From Methanotrichaceae archaeon (GTDB taxonomy: Archaea > Halobacteriota > Methanosarcinia > Methanotrichales > Methanotrichaceae): DNA of 64,000 nucleotides. The notes under the pieces are model-generated. The model was not told the origin of the DNA and ran no database searches. It was given only the letters and a program-made list of their open reading frames with translations. The DNA is taken from the NCBI GenBank assembly GCA_963813075.1, contig CAWEXU010000005.1, forward strand, positions 148,519 through 212,518, given 5' to 3'. Below are positions 63,379 to 64,000 of the stretch, piece after piece. Every line of letters starts with the position of its first letter. Position 1 is the first letter of the stretch. The translations under genes were made by a program, and so were the position numbers.

Positions 63379-64000
63379 CTATGGGCTCATGCGCTGAAAC
63401 CGGATGCGCCTCACGTAGCCATAGTTGCTTTCCGTGATGATCACATTGCCGAAGGGGTCCGTGTTGACGGCGCGAACGCGGGACACCTTGGCGGTGGCGG
63501 GGTTGGCGTAGAACCAGTGGCCGTCGCCCACCCGGAAGTTGTTGGCGTCGCTGCCATTCACCCAGCGATGGACGATGCCGGCCGGATCCACGTACCAGAT
63601 GCGGTTGCCAGGACTGTGCTCGCAGGTGAAGAAACCCCCGTTGGGCAGAAACCAGACGCAGCGGGGGGCAATCAGGCCTGTTTCAAGGGCCGGAAAACCC
63701 TCGCCGCCGCCGGACTGGGTGCCGTTGCCCGCGATGGGCGTCCGGACGTTGTTGGTGCTCAAGCGGTAGATCTGGTTGGCGCCGCGGTCGCTGACGAAAA
63801 GGTCCCCGGTGCGCTCGTCGCCCACGATGTTGCCCAACTCCCTGAAATCGTTGCGGACGAGCCGGATGCCGCCCGTGGGAGTCCACTGATAGATGTTGGT
63901 GGCTGTGCCGCCCGAGCCGTAATAGACGAGCGACTCATCGCTTTTGACCCAGAGGGCGCGCCCATCACCCATGGGGACGGCGGCAGTGAACAGTGTGGTC
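63379..64000 (-). CDS. NHL-repeat/beta-propeller protein, 5' end outside window
   Basis: [42 protein letters not shown]. Confidence 0.7.
   Translation of the reverse strand, partial: TTLFTAAVPMGDGRALWVKSDESLVYYGSGGTATNIYQWTPTGGIRLVRNDFRELGNIVGDERTGDLFVSDRGANQIYRLSTNNVRTPIAGNGTQSGGGEGFPALETGLIAPRCVWFLPNGGFFTCEHSPGNRIWYVDPAGIVHRWVNGSDANNFRVGDGHWFYANPATAKVSRVRAVNTDPFGNVIITESNYGYVRRIRFQRMSP

Noticed and set aside
60639..63437. 932-aa ORF as a real protein
   Set aside because: It alternates ClpC segments with Arg/Gly/Pro-rich off-frame text, which is a product of indels in GC-rich DNA.
48641..64000. Bacterial segment as a genomic island in the archaeon
   Set aside because: There are no mobility genes or att sites, both boundary genes are cut mid-domain, and the segment has bacterial core and outer-membrane genes.

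Overview
The window joins two unrelated genomes at about position 48640. Positions 1-48640 are from a methanogenic archaeon, most consistent with Methanothrix (Methanosaeta) or a relative. Evidence is mcrC, thermosome, aglB, dph5, archaeal apgM, an MTH865-family gene and an archaeal tRNA-Ile. This part holds a sulfur/redox gene cluster with three internally deleted or truncated genes (1-12 kb) and an accessory surface-protein locus (12.4-26.5 kb). It then continues with housekeeping genes (purC, thermosome, aglB, queD, dph5, mcrC, apgM, argC/J/H) and a glycosyltransferase/wzm-wzt cluster. In the surface locus, two very large secreted cysteine-rich repeat proteins with a shared C-terminal domain alternate with two paralogous exported proteins of architecture Trx-Trx-(GILT/DsbA-like), plus a third exported thioredoxin. 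This is the best candidate for an undescribed system: a dedicated extracellular disulfide-folding machinery for disulfide-rich surface proteins in a strict anaerobe. At 48640/48641 the archaeal wzt gene stops mid-domain and a visibly more GC-rich bacterial GH39 gene starts mid-domain. Positions 48641-64000 are from a diderm bacterium, plausibly Verrucomicrobiota/PVC. They carry glycoside hydrolases, tatD, an alginate-export-type beta-barrel, a GNAT enzyme and mcsA-mcsB-clpC. Many single-base frameshifts in conserved genes suggest an error-prone long-read assembly. All family assignments come from motif recognition by eye; no database search was run.
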